A DNA stretch of 64,000 nt, taken from contig JAUSEK010000015.1 in the NCBI GenBank assembly GCA_030650275.1, forward strand, positions 67,834 to 131,833, read 5' to 3'. A program made the position numbers and the translations under genes. The stretch is from Candidatus Omnitrophota bacterium. Lineage in GTDB: Bacteria > Omnitrophota > Gorgyraeia > Zapsychrales > Fredricksoniimonadaceae. Below, one piece after another: positions 41,529 through 51,533 of this stretch (its first letter is position 1; the number at the start of each line of letters is the position of its first letter). The notes under the pieces were generated by a model. That model ran no database searches. It was not told where the DNA came from and saw only the letters and a program-made list of their open reading frames with translations.

Positions 41529-42319
41529 CGCAAATTTTCGACGCTCTGGATGCGTTAAAGGGCCGCGTCGCCGGCAGAGAGCTGGTCCTTTTTTTGGATT
41601 ATGACGGCACGCTGGCGCCGATCGCACAGAGGCCGGAGAAGGCCGTACTCGCCTCCGCGATGCGGTCGCTCTTGCAGGACCTGGCTGCGGCCCCCGCGTG
41701 CAAGGTCTGCGTTGTCAGCGGCAGGGCGCTCGCGGACATCAAGGAGCTCACCGGTGTCAGCAATATTAGTTATGTCGGCAATCACGGCCTTGAAATGGAC
41801 GTTCCCGATTTCGTTTTCGGGAATTTCGATCTTGCGCGGACCGGGGAAGTTCTGGGTCTCTTGAAGGAAGAGATCGGCAAGGCCATCTCTTCTTTCGAAG
41901 GTGCGTTCGTTGAGGACAAGGGTATCACGTTGAGCGTGCACTACCGCCTTGTCAGTCCCCGGTCGGAAGACCCCATCAAACGTTTGCTGGAGGACATCAC
42001 GAAACCCTTCGTGGCCAGGGGGGAAGTGCGCGTCAGTTCGGGCAAGAAGGTTTTTGAAATAAAGCCGCTCATTGATTGGGACAAGGGCCGGGCCGTTGCA
42101 TGGCTCTTGGGCGAGCATCAAAAGGCCTGCGGGACGATGCCAGCTGTCGTTTATATCGGGGATGACCGGACGGACGAGGATGCGTTCAAAGCCCTTACAG
42201 GCAGGGGCATCACCATCAAGGTCGGCGAAGGCGCAACGGCCGCGGAGTATCATGTGAAAGACCAGAACGAGGTCATTGTCCTGTTGAAGGCGATCTTGGG
42301 CTTAAGGAGGAAGGAATGA
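41525..42319 (+). CDS. otsB: Trehalose-6-phosphate phosphatase
   Basis: 264 aa. HAD motif I LFLDYDGTLAPI. Motif IV GDDRTDEDAF. Start overlaps the otsA stop. Confidence 0.85.
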   Translation: MTQIFDALDALKGRVAGRELVLFLDYDGTLAPIAQRPEKAVLASAMRSLLQDLAAAPACKVCVVSGRALADIKELTGVSNISYVGNHGLEMDVPDFVFGNFDLARTGEVLGLLKEEIGKAISSFEGAFVEDKGITLSVHYRLVSPRSEDPIKRLLEDITKPFVARGEVRVSSGKKVFEIKPLIDWDKGRAVAWLLGEHQKACGTMPAVVYIGDDRTDEDAFKALTGRGITIKVGEGATAAEYHVKDQNEVIVLLKAILGLRRKE

Positions 42320-44136
42320 CCGCGGGGTCCCCCAAAAACTTGAATTATGGCATCATCGGCAACTGCACCAGCGCGGCATTGGTCAATGAGGACTGTTCCA
42401 TTGATTGGCTATGCCTGCCTTTTTTTGACTCTTCTTCCGTGTTCGCGCGTATTCTCGATGAACAAAAAGGGGGACATTTTAAAATTTGGGCAAAAGACAT
42501 TTTAAATGTTGAGCAGTCCTATCTGTATCACACTCCTATCATCAAAACAGTTTTTACGACCAAGGACGGGGTATTTGAGGTGAGGGATTATATGCCCCGT
42601 TTCAGTCCTCATATTGGACAGGTTTATTGTCCGGCCGAGATCCACCGGGATGTTCATCTGGTCCGGGGAAACCCCAAGATCATTGTTGAATTTAAACCCA
42701 GACCTAATTACGGCTTGAGCGAGGCCCAATTGACCCCGCATCCTGAATATTTAAAAGTAACGTCCGTTCAGGGCGAATACAACAGTTATTATCTTTATAC
42801 AAATTTCAACATGAATGACATCATGCAGGACAGGGAAATTGAGCTTAAAGGACCGGCTTATTTTCTTTTGTCCTATCACGAGAAAATGGACCCGGTGACC
42901 CAGGATAAAATATTGATGGAATACGAACGGACAAAAAGTTATTGGCTGGATTGGGTTTATCGGACAAAAGTTCCCGGGAAATACCAGGAGATGCTCCTGC
43001 GTTCGATCATCACGCTCAAACTGTCCATGTTCCAACGCACCGGCGCGGTCATTGCCGCGCCGACAACGTCCCTACCGGAGATCATCGGGAAAGACCGCAA
43101 CTGGGATTACCGTTATTGCTGGGTGAGGGACGCGTCCATGATCATTGATCTGTATTCCCGCATCGGACATGCCAGGACCTCGTTGAGGTATATCAATTTC
43201 ATCCTGAACCGGATGCTCGTTAAAGATTACAACATTTTAGTGGTGTACGGCATTAACGGGGAAGAGAAGCTTGAGGAAAGGACCCTGGACCATTTGAGCG
43301 GGTATGAGGGATCGCGTCCGGTGCGCGTCGGCAATGCCGCCTATAAACAGAAACAAAATGACGTGTACGGGGAGCTGATCGAGACGATCTACACTTCATT
43401 TGTCGTTGATTCCCGCAGTGACCTGTTATTGAATGAAGAAACCTGGACGGTGGTGCGTTCTTTGGTCAAAAATGTGGAAAAAATATGGAAAGAGCCGGAC
43501 AGCGGCATATGGGAACGCAGGGGATCCCTGCGGCATTTTGTCCATTCCAAGCTCATGAGCTGGGTCGCGATGGACAGGGCGGCAAAGATCGCCCAATTCA
43601 TCGGCAAGACGCGTTATGTCGCGGGATTCTTAAAGGTGGCGGAGGAGATCAAGGAGGATATTTTAAAGAATGGATGGGATGATGAGTTAAAAAGTTTTGT
43701 GATGTATTATGGCGGCAAGGAATTGGACGCTTCCAACCTCTTGATGCTTCACTATGGCTTCCTGAACAAGGACGATCCCCGCATGGTGAGCACGGTGCTT
43801 AATACGCATCAAGTGTTGACCAAGGACGGTTTTGTCCTGCGTTACAAAGCCCCTGATGAATTCGGCAAGCCGCAAAACGCCTTTATCGTGTGTACGTTTT
43901 GGATGATCAACGCGCTGTACCTGATCGGGCATGAACAGGAGGCGCGCGATATGCTGGAGAAGATCATGTCTCATGCCAACAGATTCGGGCTTTTTTCTGA
44001 AGACATAGAGACAGACACCGGACGTTTGACGGGCAATTTCCCCCAGGGGTATTCCCACCTGGCCTTTATCCAGACCATTTTTGTTCTGGAAACGCAATAT
44101 GACTGGAGCGACGCGTCCAGGAAACGGATAAAATAA
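42316..44136 (+). CDS. Glycoside hydrolase family 15 protein (glucoamylase/trehalase-like)
   Basis: 606 aa. GH15 N-terminal beta-sandwich plus (alpha/alpha)6 barrel (AAPTTSLPE...WDYRYCWVRDAS...). Coupled to otsAB. Confidence 0.75.
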   Translation: MTAGSPKNLNYGIIGNCTSAALVNEDCSIDWLCLPFFDSSSVFARILDEQKGGHFKIWAKDILNVEQSYLYHTPIIKTVFTTKDGVFEVRDYMPRFSPHIGQVYCPAEIHRDVHLVRGNPKIIVEFKPRPNYGLSEAQLTPHPEYLKVTSVQGEYNSYYLYTNFNMNDIMQDREIELKGPAYFLLSYHEKMDPVTQDKILMEYERTKSYWLDWVYRTKVPGKYQEMLLRSIITLKLSMFQRTGAVIAAPTTSLPEIIGKDRNWDYRYCWVRDASMIIDLYSRIGHARTSLRYINFILNRMLVKDYNILVVYGINGEEKLEERTLDHLSGYEGSRPVRVGNAAYKQKQNDVYGELIETIYTSFVVDSRSDLLLNEETWTVVRSLVKNVEKIWKEPDSGIWERRGSLRHFVHSKLMSWVAMDRAAKIAQFIGKTRYVAGFLKVAEEIKEDILKNGWDDELKSFVMYYGGKELDASNLLMLHYGFLNKDDPRMVSTVLNTHQVLTKDGFVLRYKAPDEFGKPQNAFIVCTFWMINALYLIGHEQEARDMLEKIMSHANRFGLFSEDIETDTGRLTGNFPQGYSHLAFIQTIFVLETQYDWSDASRKRIK

Positions 44137-44145
44137 TACCCAGAC

Positions 44146-45219
44146 ATGGTCCTCATTTTTTCCTCCCTCTTAATTCTCGGAATCATTTCAGGCCAATTTG
44201 TTGATTTTTTTCAGGTCCGCGGGATCTTGACCTTCAGCGCGTCCGTATGCCTGGCTTATATCATGATGGATGTGGGGCGAGAATTTTCCGTTGAGAAGAG
44301 AAGTGTGGGGAGCTATGGACGGGATTCTCTGATCGCCACGGCGGCCGCGGTGCTCCCGGCGGTCCTGTGGTTTGGATATTTTGTGGTCTTTGTCAATAGC
44401 CATTGGAAGCCGGCGTTATTGTCAGGGCTTTCTTCGGCGCCCACGTCCGCCGGCGTTCTTTTCGCGATGATGACGGCGGCGGGTCTTTCCGCCGGCTGGG
44501 TCTTTAAGAAAGCGCGGGTCCTGGCTGTCCTGGATGATCTGGCGACCATCCTGTTATTAACGCCGCTTGCGATCATCATGTACGGGTTTGAATGGAAGGC
44601 GATCGCGGCGCTTATCCTGGTCGGTGTATTGTTATTCGCGTCATTCCGTTGGCAGGGCGCCATTCCATGGCCGGTCAGAACAATTTGGCTTTCTGTTTAC
44701 GCGTTTGTCTTAACGGGCATGGTTTTTCTGGTTGAGCAGGCAACGCACATTCATTTGGGAGTGCTGGTTCCGGCCTTCGTGTGGGGATGTTTACTGCGCC
44801 TGCCCGCGGATCAGAATCTTGAAGGACCGTCCCCCAGGATATCTTTGGACGCTGTCATCAAGGGAGCGTTCATGCTGTTAGTCGGGCTGACCTTTCCAAA
44901 GATCGTTGCCGGATCGGCTTCCCTGGCGCAAACGGCAGGGCATGTGCTGATCCTGACAATATTGGCGAACGTCGGGAAATTATTCCTGGTTTTTTGCTAC
45001 AAGACAGAGGCCTCTTTGAAAGAACGGATGGCTTTGGGTGTTGCGATGTTCCCCCGCGGGGAAGTGGGGGCCGCGATTTTGCTCATCGCCATCGGCTATG
45101 GCCTGGGCGGCTACGAAAACACCCTGGCCATCTTAAGCTTGGCGCTTAACCTAGTCCTGACCGGGGCGTTTATCTGGATCGTGATCCGTTTATTGAAACC
45201 TACTCGTTCTCTTTCCTGA
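44146..45219 (+). CDS. Polytopic membrane transporter (cation:proton antiporter-like)
   Basis: 357 aa. About 11 TM. No soluble domain. Family assignment is tentative. Confidence 0.4.
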   Translation: MVLIFSSLLILGIISGQFVDFFQVRGILTFSASVCLAYIMMDVGREFSVEKRSVGSYGRDSLIATAAAVLPAVLWFGYFVVFVNSHWKPALLSGLSSAPTSAGVLFAMMTAAGLSAGWVFKKARVLAVLDDLATILLLTPLAIIMYGFEWKAIAALILVGVLLFASFRWQGAIPWPVRTIWLSVYAFVLTGMVFLVEQATHIHLGVLVPAFVWGCLLRLPADQNLEGPSPRISLDAVIKGAFMLLVGLTFPKIVAGSASLAQTAGHVLILTILANVGKLFLVFCYKTEASLKERMALGVAMFPRGEVGAAILLIAIGYGLGGYENTLAILSLALNLVLTGAFIWIVIRLLKPTRSLS

Positions 45220-45394
45220 CGTCGATCCCCATGATCTCCCCGCCGCGGACCTTGACCTTCACCACGATGGGCGCACAGCAGACCTCGCAATCCACCACCA
45301 GCCGTTGTTCGGACCCACCGGTCGTGTCCACCATAAGCGTGTTGTCCTGGCCGCAGTAAGGACACACAAAGTTTTCGTCATGTTCCAGAGGCAT
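45200..45394 (-). CDS. CPXCG-motif zinc-ribbon protein
   Basis: 64 aa. CPYCG...CEVCC. Small cysteine-rich protein. Confidence 0.6.
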   Translation of the reverse strand: MPLEHDENFVCPYCGQDNTLMVDTTGGSEQRLVVDCEVCCAPIVVKVKVRGGEIMGIDVRKENE

Positions 45395-45427
45395 AATTTA
45401 ATAATACTCCCGTGGCCATGGCCGCGT

Positions 45428-45450
45428 CAAGGAAAGGGCCCCAGATTTTA
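45428..45450. repeat. Direct repeat 1 (ATGGCCGCGTCAAGGAAAGGGCC) flanking the TA cassette
   Basis: 22/23 identical to 46361-46383, which lies in the nuoN 3' end. Confidence 0.85.
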
Positions 45451-45622
45451 TAGCTTGATTTTATACAATAAATGTGCAGAATTAATAAAAGAAGCTACCA
45501 CATACGTTTCATCCCCGCCGCTTCTGTTTAATAATCCCCGTTTTTGATAGAATTGCCACGGAAGTTAAAATAATGAACTTGCAAATACAACCATATAGTT
45601 GTATACTTTAGTAGGTAGCAGA

Positions 45623-45976
45623 ATGAGTAAATTTACATGTATTTATTATCAAACCGATGCAGGGAGAAGGCCCGTTGAGGAGTTTATTGATTCTTTGCAT
45701 GAAAGAACGCAGCAAAAGTATTTTGAGGTGGTGGGGTTATTAGAGGATTATGGGAAGAGTTTACCAAAGCCGCACGCGGATTTTTTAGGCGGTGAGATTT
45801 ATGAGCTTCGGTTTGTAGGGATTGAAGGGAAAGTAAGAATTTTATATTTCTTTTATCATGGCAACAAGATCATTTTTACAAATGGTTTTGTAAAGAAACG
45901 GCAAAAGGCCCCTAAGATAGAGGTTGAATTAGCCAAAGAGAGAAGAATTCTTTATATCGGGAAGCACAATGGGTGA
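45623..45976 (+). CDS. Type II toxin, RelE/ParE superfamily (HigB/Gp49-like)
   Basis: Likely start MSKFTCIYYQTDAGRRPVEEFI. About 117 aa. ...LRFVGIEGKVRILYFFYHGNKIIFTNGFVKKRQKAP typical of the Gp49-like HigB family. The toxin gene comes first. Confidence 0.7.
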   Translation: MSKFTCIYYQTDAGRRPVEEFIDSLHERTQQKYFEVVGLLEDYGKSLPKPHADFLGGEIYELRFVGIEGKVRILYFFYHGNKIIFTNGFVKKRQKAPKIEVELAKERRILYIGKHNG

Positions 45977-45979
45977 CAT

Positions 45980-46309
45980 ATGAAAGAAATGACCGTTAGA
46001 GAACATCTTCAGGAGAAATTGAAGAATCCTTATTTCAAGGAACTGCACGAACTTGAGCAGCAGAAGTATGCCATTGTTAAGAAAATCATTGATTATCGTA
46101 TTAAGCAGAATCTCACCCAAGCGGATCTAGCTGAGCAGATCAAAGTATCTCAACAGCATATTTCTAAGATCGAGAGCGGCGAGTTCAGCAGTGTGGCTAC
46201 GTTAGAGAAAGTGTTATTGGGGATCGGCATGACCGTCAGGATCGGGGTTGTTAAATTAAATCCCCAGATCCATAAGAAAATAACCCGGGCAATGACCCAT
46301 TCTGTTTAA
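45980..46309 (+). CDS. XRE-family HTH antitoxin (HigA-like)
   Basis: 109 aa. LTQADLAEQIKVSQQHISKIESGE HTH_3 motif. 3-bp spacing after the toxin gene. Confidence 0.75.
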   Translation: MKEMTVREHLQEKLKNPYFKELHELEQQKYAIVKKIIDYRIKQNLTQADLAEQIKVSQQHISKIESGEFSSVATLEKVLLGIGMTVRIGVVKLNPQIHKKITRAMTHSV

Positions 46310-46323
46310 GGCGGTTTTTTGCG

Positions 46324-47772
46324 TTATGGATGGATGAGGGACATTCCTTTGACGGCGGTGATGGCCGCGTCAAGGAAGGGGCCTTGGAAGATCCCGATGC
46401 CGACGATGCCGACGATGGCAACTCCGAGGACCAGGCGCATGGGCAAGGATACGGGGATGGGGGAAGTTGTGCGAGGCGCGTCAACATAAACGCGTTTGAC
46501 GACCATCAGGTAGTAGTAGGTTGAGATTACGATATTGACCACCGCAATGAGCGCCAGCCATACCAATCCGCTGTTGACCGCCGCCATCAGTAAGGTGAAT
46601 TTCCCGAAGAATCCGGCCAATGGCGGCACGCCTGCCAACGAGACCAGCGCCAAAAGCATGGTGCAGGCCAAAATGCCTGAACGCTTGGAAAGCCCCGCGT
46701 AATCTTCAATGTCATCGCCTTTTGCGGCAATGGAAAACAGGACAATGACCAGGAACGCCGCAAGATTCGTGAACAAATACCCCAACAGATAGAAATTGAT
46801 CGCCGACGCTCCAAGGATCGTTCCCGTGGCAGCACCCATGAGAAGATAACCGGCATGGCTGATGCTGGAATAGCCCAGCAATCTTTTGATATTCGTCTGG
46901 AACATGGCCACCAGATTGCCGTAGGTCATGGTGATGGCGGAAAGAACAGCCAGCATCAAACTCAACTCCATGTGCCAGGGAGCAAAGACGCCGAAGAAAA
47001 GGCGGATGAGGACCACGAATCCTGCGGCTTTGGACCCGACGGACAACAGGGCCGTCACCGGCGTCGGGGCGCCCTGATAGACATCCGGGACCCACATATG
47101 AAAAGGAACAGCCGCGATCTTGAAACCCACAGCCGCAAAAACGAGGACCAGGCCAAACGCCATCATGGGGGTCATGGCATGGGTGGCGGCAAACACCTGG
47201 ATGGCATCAAAGCGCGTGGAGTGGGTGACGCCATAGAGAAAACTCATGCCGTAGAGGAAGAAGCCCGACGACAAAGCGCCCAGGATCAAATATTTCATGC
47301 CCGCTTCAATGGAAAGTTTATCGCTTTTCAGATAAGCGGTCATGACGTACAGGGAAATGGTGAGTATTTCGATCGCAATAAAGAGCAAAAGGAAATCCGC
47401 GGAAGACGCAACAAGGCACATTCCGATCAACGTCAGCCACAATAATAAATAGAATTCGTTGCGCCGTCCCCCTAAGGACTTGAAGTATTGCTGGGTCATG
47501 ACAAAAACGAAGACCATGGCCAGCAGGAAGAACATTTTAAAAAACCAGGCCAGGGAATCCATCACAAACATCCCGCCGAACGTTGTTCCGGCGAGATCGT
47601 GCTGGGTGAGCCAGAAGGCAATGAGGCCGGAGAGGGCGATGAAACTTGAAATGCCGAGCCAGTCCTTTTGTGTATTTTTCGGCAACAAGATGTCCATCAC
47701 CATCAGGGCCGCGATGATCAGGGCGATGAGCAACTCCAATGAAATTAAGTTCCAGTCAATGACGGGGAACAT
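46324..47772 (-). CDS. nuoN: NADH-quinone oxidoreductase subunit N
   Basis: 482 aa. 14-TM antiporter-like. MFPVIDWNL start. Confidence 0.9.
   Translation of the reverse strand: MFPVIDWNLISLELLIALIIAALMVMDILLPKNTQKDWLGISSFIALSGLIAFWLTQHDLAGTTFGGMFVMDSLAWFFKMFFLLAMVFVFVMTQQYFKSLGGRRNEFYLLLWLTLIGMCLVASSADFLLLFIAIEILTISLYVMTAYLKSDKLSIEAGMKYLILGALSSGFFLYGMSFLYGVTHSTRFDAIQVFAATHAMTPMMAFGLVLVFAAVGFKIAAVPFHMWVPDVYQGAPTPVTALLSVGSKAAGFVVLIRLFFGVFAPWHMELSLMLAVLSAITMTYGNLVAMFQTNIKRLLGYSSISHAGYLLMGAATGTILGASAINFYLLGYLFTNLAAFLVIVLFSIAAKGDDIEDYAGLSKRSGILACTMLLALVSLAGVPPLAGFFGKFTLLMAAVNSGLVWLALIAVVNIVISTYYYLMVVKRVYVDAPRTTSPIPVSLPMRLVLGVAIVGIVGIGIFQGPFLDAAITAVKGMSLIHP
46361..46383. repeat. Direct repeat 2 (ATGGCCGCGTCAAGGAAGGGGCC), inside the nuoN 3' coding end
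   Basis: Partner of 45428-45450. 933 bp apart. Brackets higBA. Confidence 0.85.
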
Positions 47773-47800
47773 AGCGTTCTTTCATATTTTGTCACCCTTT

Positions 47801-47890
47801 TGTCATGCCCGAATGCTTCTGTCGGGCATCCAGTGCATTAGTGTCTGGACCCCCGACTAAAACATTCGGGGGTGACAAGCGGAATGACAT
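47801..47890 (+). repeat. Copy C of the multi-hairpin repeat, in the nuoM|nuoN spacer
   Basis: TGTCATGCCCGAATGCTTCTGTCGGGCATCCAG...GACCCCCGACTAAAACATTCGGGGGTGACA. Stem 1 carries paired T>G/A>C changes relative to copy A that preserve base-pairing. Confidence 0.85.
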
Positions 47891-49375
47891 TCAATATTTA
47901 ATACGACTACTCTCGACAATCGCTTTTGTGCTTGAGTCAATGTGATTCAAGATCAGCGACGGAAAACATCCGGCGAGGATCAATACGGCCAATAACAGCG
48001 CAAAGGGCAATTTTGCCAGAGGTGTTTGGGCATCCAACAGTTTGGAACAACGGGGATTCAGCGGCCCTTGGAAACCGAGGCGGATGGCTTTGAGCATATA
48101 AATGGCCGTGAGCACGACGCCCAGGACAGCCAGGACGGTATATAAACGGTATTGGTCCCACGCGCCTAAGAGGATCATGATCTCCGAGACAAAATTCGCG
48201 AATCCGGGTACGCCCGCGGAGGCGAGGGCTGCCATGGCAAAACACGTGGCCACAAACGGCATCTGTTTGGCCAGGCCGCCCCATTCATCCAAATTGCGGG
48301 TCCTGGTTTGATCGGCGATAAATCCGGTCAACGCGAAGGCGAGCGCCGCCATGATGCCGTGGGCGAACATCAAAAACACCACACCGTTAATGCCGATCAC
48401 ATTAAAACAGGCCAGGCCCAGCAGGATGTAGCCCATGTGGCTGCAGCTGGAATACCCCAAAATATATTTGAGGTCCCGCTGGGTCAGGGCGACTAATCCG
48501 CAGAAAAGGATATTGACGACGGCCAGGGCGGCGATGACGGGCATCCAGGTATGGGCGGCCTCGGGCATCAATTGAATGGCGAAGCGGATAATGGCATAAG
48601 CGCCCATTTTTTTGAGCACACCGGCGTGCAGCATGCTGATGGCTGTGGGCGCTTCCGCATACCCCACCGGAGCCCAGGTATAAAAAGGCCAGAGGGTCAG
48701 CGTTACGCCAAATCCGACGACGATCAGAGGGAAGACCCAGTTTTGAACGCTGATCGGCAAAGGATTGGCTGCTAAATACTGCTGGATTTGGACCAGATCA
48801 AATGTCTGCAAGCCGGTCGCAAGATATAAGGCAATGAGCCCGATCAGGGCCAGGGTCGCGCCGGCGATCAGATAAAGGGTCAATTTCATGGCGGCGTATT
48901 CACGACGCTCGGACCCCCAAATGGCGATCATTAAAAAGACCGGGATGGCCGCGACTTCGTGGAAGAAATAGAAAAAGAAAATATCCAGGGAGAGGAAGGC
49001 GCCGTAGGTGCCGATGACTGTGATCAATAAAAGGATGTAATATTCTTTGACCCGCTCCTTGATGGAGCCGCTGACGAGGAGGGCGGCGAAAGAAACGACC
49101 CCTAAGAGCAGCAAGAGCAGGGAATTGATCCCGTCGACCCCGACATGGTATGAGATGCCGAGCGGGGCGACCCAGGGGATTTTCTGAACGAATTGAAAAC
49201 CGCCTGCCGCGTGATCGTAAGCAGCCAACACCCAAACAGATAAAAGGAAAGGCAGAAGCACGGCAGCCGTAGAGATCCTGCGGATCGAAGAGGTCTTGTC
49301 AGACCCGACCATGAAAAGCAGGCCTAAGCCCGCCAAGGGCAGTAAAAGGATCCAGGAAAGATCAGGAACCATCAT
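47891..49375 (-). CDS. nuoM: NADH-quinone oxidoreductase subunit M
   Basis: 494 aa. Antiporter-like subunit. Confidence 0.9.
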   Translation of the reverse strand: MMVPDLSWILLLPLAGLGLLFMVGSDKTSSIRRISTAAVLLPFLLSVWVLAAYDHAAGGFQFVQKIPWVAPLGISYHVGVDGINSLLLLLLGVVSFAALLVSGSIKERVKEYYILLLITVIGTYGAFLSLDIFFFYFFHEVAAIPVFLMIAIWGSERREYAAMKLTLYLIAGATLALIGLIALYLATGLQTFDLVQIQQYLAANPLPISVQNWVFPLIVVGFGVTLTLWPFYTWAPVGYAEAPTAISMLHAGVLKKMGAYAIIRFAIQLMPEAAHTWMPVIAALAVVNILFCGLVALTQRDLKYILGYSSCSHMGYILLGLACFNVIGINGVVFLMFAHGIMAALAFALTGFIADQTRTRNLDEWGGLAKQMPFVATCFAMAALASAGVPGFANFVSEIMILLGAWDQYRLYTVLAVLGVVLTAIYMLKAIRLGFQGPLNPRCSKLLDAQTPLAKLPFALLLAVLILAGCFPSLILNHIDSSTKAIVESSRIKY

Positions 49376-51237
49376 AATTGTATGACCAGCGCAAAAAACA
49401 GGGCAATGACGCCCAGAACAAAAATCAAAGCATAGAATTGGACCAGACCGGTTTGCAGATAGCGAAGGGTCCTGCCGCCGGCTTTTGCCGCAGCTGTCAG
49501 GCCATGAACTCCGAAGCCCACAATGAAAGTTTTTTCAAACCACGATAAAAGGACGGCAAAGCTTTGCTGGACGCGGTCCACATACCACCCGTAGACAACG
49601 TCAAAATAGTATTTATTTTTTAAAACAGAATAGAAGGATCCGAGTTTTGTTTCCAGCGGGTCGCGGCTGGGGTGCTTGCTGTAGATCATATACGAGAGCC
49701 CTAACCCTAACACGGCAACCAAGGAAGAGATTAAAGCGACCCTCATATTAAGTCCTTCGTGCGCTTCCTGCGGATACAGGAAGTTGGGAATACCGATAAA
49801 ACCTCCGACGACCGAAAGAATGGCTAAAAAGATCAAAGGGTAGGTCATCACCGCCGGGGACTCATGGGCGTGATCAGACGCGGCGGGCTTGCCCTGAGCA
49901 ACGTCGAAGGGCTTGCTCCAAAAGGCGGTCCAGAACAGGCGGCCCATGTAAAAAGCAGTCAACAGCGACGTGACCGTCGCCATCCAATAGAGCAGGACAT
50001 TGTGTTGTGATGCCAGGGCCAGGATCTCGTCCTTGCTCCAAAAACCGCTTAAAGGAAAGATACCGCACAAAGCGAGCGTTCCGATCATGAAGGTGACGCC
50101 GGTGATGGGCATTTTTGCCAAAAGCCCGCGCATGTTCCAGATATTCTGCTCGTGATGAAGAGCACAGAGCACGCTACCGGCACCCAAAAAGAGCAGGGCC
50201 TTGAAAAAGGCATGGGTCGTTAAATGATACATGCCTTGCATGGGGCCGGACAAGCCCAAAGCCATGACCATCAGACCCAATTGGCTAAGCGTTGAATAGG
50301 CGAGGATGCGCTTAATATCATTTTCAACAATGGCGAGGGTCGCGGCCAACAGCGCCGTGATCCCGCCGACATAGGCAATGACGGTGAGCGCCGCGGTCAA
50401 GGGCTCAAAAATAAAGAACGTGCGCGCCAACAGATAAATACCTGCCGCCACCATCGTTGCCGCGTGAATGAGCGCGCTGACGGGCGTGGGGCCCTCCATA
50501 GCATCCGGCAGCCACACGTGCAAGGGGACCTGGGCGGATTTACCGACGACACCGCAGAACAGCAGCAATGCGGCCACCATCAGCAGATGAGGGTCTAAAT
50601 GAGGAACAGCCCGGGCCAGGTCCGTAAAAACAAAACTGCGGCCGTGGCCGATATCGGAGATGCTCCACAACAAAAGGATCCCGCAGAGAAATCCAAAATC
50701 CGCAAAGCGATTGACCATGAACGCCTTGACCCCGGCATCCGCGGCAGAGGGCTTGTGATACCAGAAACCGATGAGCAGATAGGAGCTTAAGCCCACCAGT
50801 TCCCAGGAGATGAACAGTTGAATCAAGTTGTTGGCCAGGACAATGCCTGTCATGGAGAAGGCGAACAAACTCAAGAACGCGAAGAACCTGGGGCTGCCCG
50901 GGTCCTCGGCCATATAGCCCCTGGAATAGATAAAAATGGCGCTGCCCACACCGGTGACGACCAAAAGCATCATGACCGCCAGCGGATTGACGAGAAATCC
51001 GAAGTCAATGGTCAGCGTGTCAAGCCGTATCCATGTCAGGGACTGCTGGAATTCAACGGGGGGATGGGATTGGAATATTTGTGCCGCGACTAAAATCGTA
51101 CAAACAAAAGAAATGAGGATGCCGGCAATGGCTAATAATGAACTCCATGTTTTAGAACGCAGGAAAAAAAGGGTAATGAGGACACAGGCGGTTAGCGGCG
51201 CAAAATACGCTATCCAAACCAAGGACGGGTCTACCAT
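49372..51237 (-). CDS. nuoL: NADH-quinone oxidoreductase subunit L
   Basis: 621 aa. Antiporter-like with C-terminal long helix extension. Confidence 0.9.
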   Translation of the reverse strand: MVDPSLVWIAYFAPLTACVLITLFFLRSKTWSSLLAIAGILISFVCTILVAAQIFQSHPPVEFQQSLTWIRLDTLTIDFGFLVNPLAVMMLLVVTGVGSAIFIYSRGYMAEDPGSPRFFAFLSLFAFSMTGIVLANNLIQLFISWELVGLSSYLLIGFWYHKPSAADAGVKAFMVNRFADFGFLCGILLLWSISDIGHGRSFVFTDLARAVPHLDPHLLMVAALLLFCGVVGKSAQVPLHVWLPDAMEGPTPVSALIHAATMVAAGIYLLARTFFIFEPLTAALTVIAYVGGITALLAATLAIVENDIKRILAYSTLSQLGLMVMALGLSGPMQGMYHLTTHAFFKALLFLGAGSVLCALHHEQNIWNMRGLLAKMPITGVTFMIGTLALCGIFPLSGFWSKDEILALASQHNVLLYWMATVTSLLTAFYMGRLFWTAFWSKPFDVAQGKPAASDHAHESPAVMTYPLIFLAILSVVGGFIGIPNFLYPQEAHEGLNMRVALISSLVAVLGLGLSYMIYSKHPSRDPLETKLGSFYSVLKNKYYFDVVYGWYVDRVQQSFAVLLSWFEKTFIVGFGVHGLTAAAKAGGRTLRYLQTGLVQFYALIFVLGVIALFFALVIQL

Positions 51238-51533
51238 TTCATTTCCTTCAATTCATCGGCCTGGATCGTGGCAAGGCGGCGGTACATCAGGACAATGATG
51301 GCAAGCCCTATGGCGACTTCCGCGGCGGCGACAAGAATGACAAAAAAGACGATCAATTGTCCGGCATAATCCCCGTTGAATTTGGAAAAGGCGACAAAAA
51401 CAAGGTTTGAAGCGGCCAAAAGAAGTTCCAGGGACAAGAGGACCTTGAGCACGTTGCGGCTTGTGATGACGCCCACAATACCGACGGAGAAGACAATGCC
51501 GCTCAAGAGGAGATAGTGTCCAAGCCCGATCAT
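51231..51533 (-). CDS. nuoK: NADH-quinone oxidoreductase subunit K
   Basis: 100 aa. 3 TM. Confidence 0.85.
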   Translation of the reverse strand: MIGLGHYLLLSGIVFSVGIVGVITSRNVLKVLLSLELLLAASNLVFVAFSKFNGDYAGQLIVFFVILVAAAEVAIGLAIIVLMYRRLATIQADELKEMKW

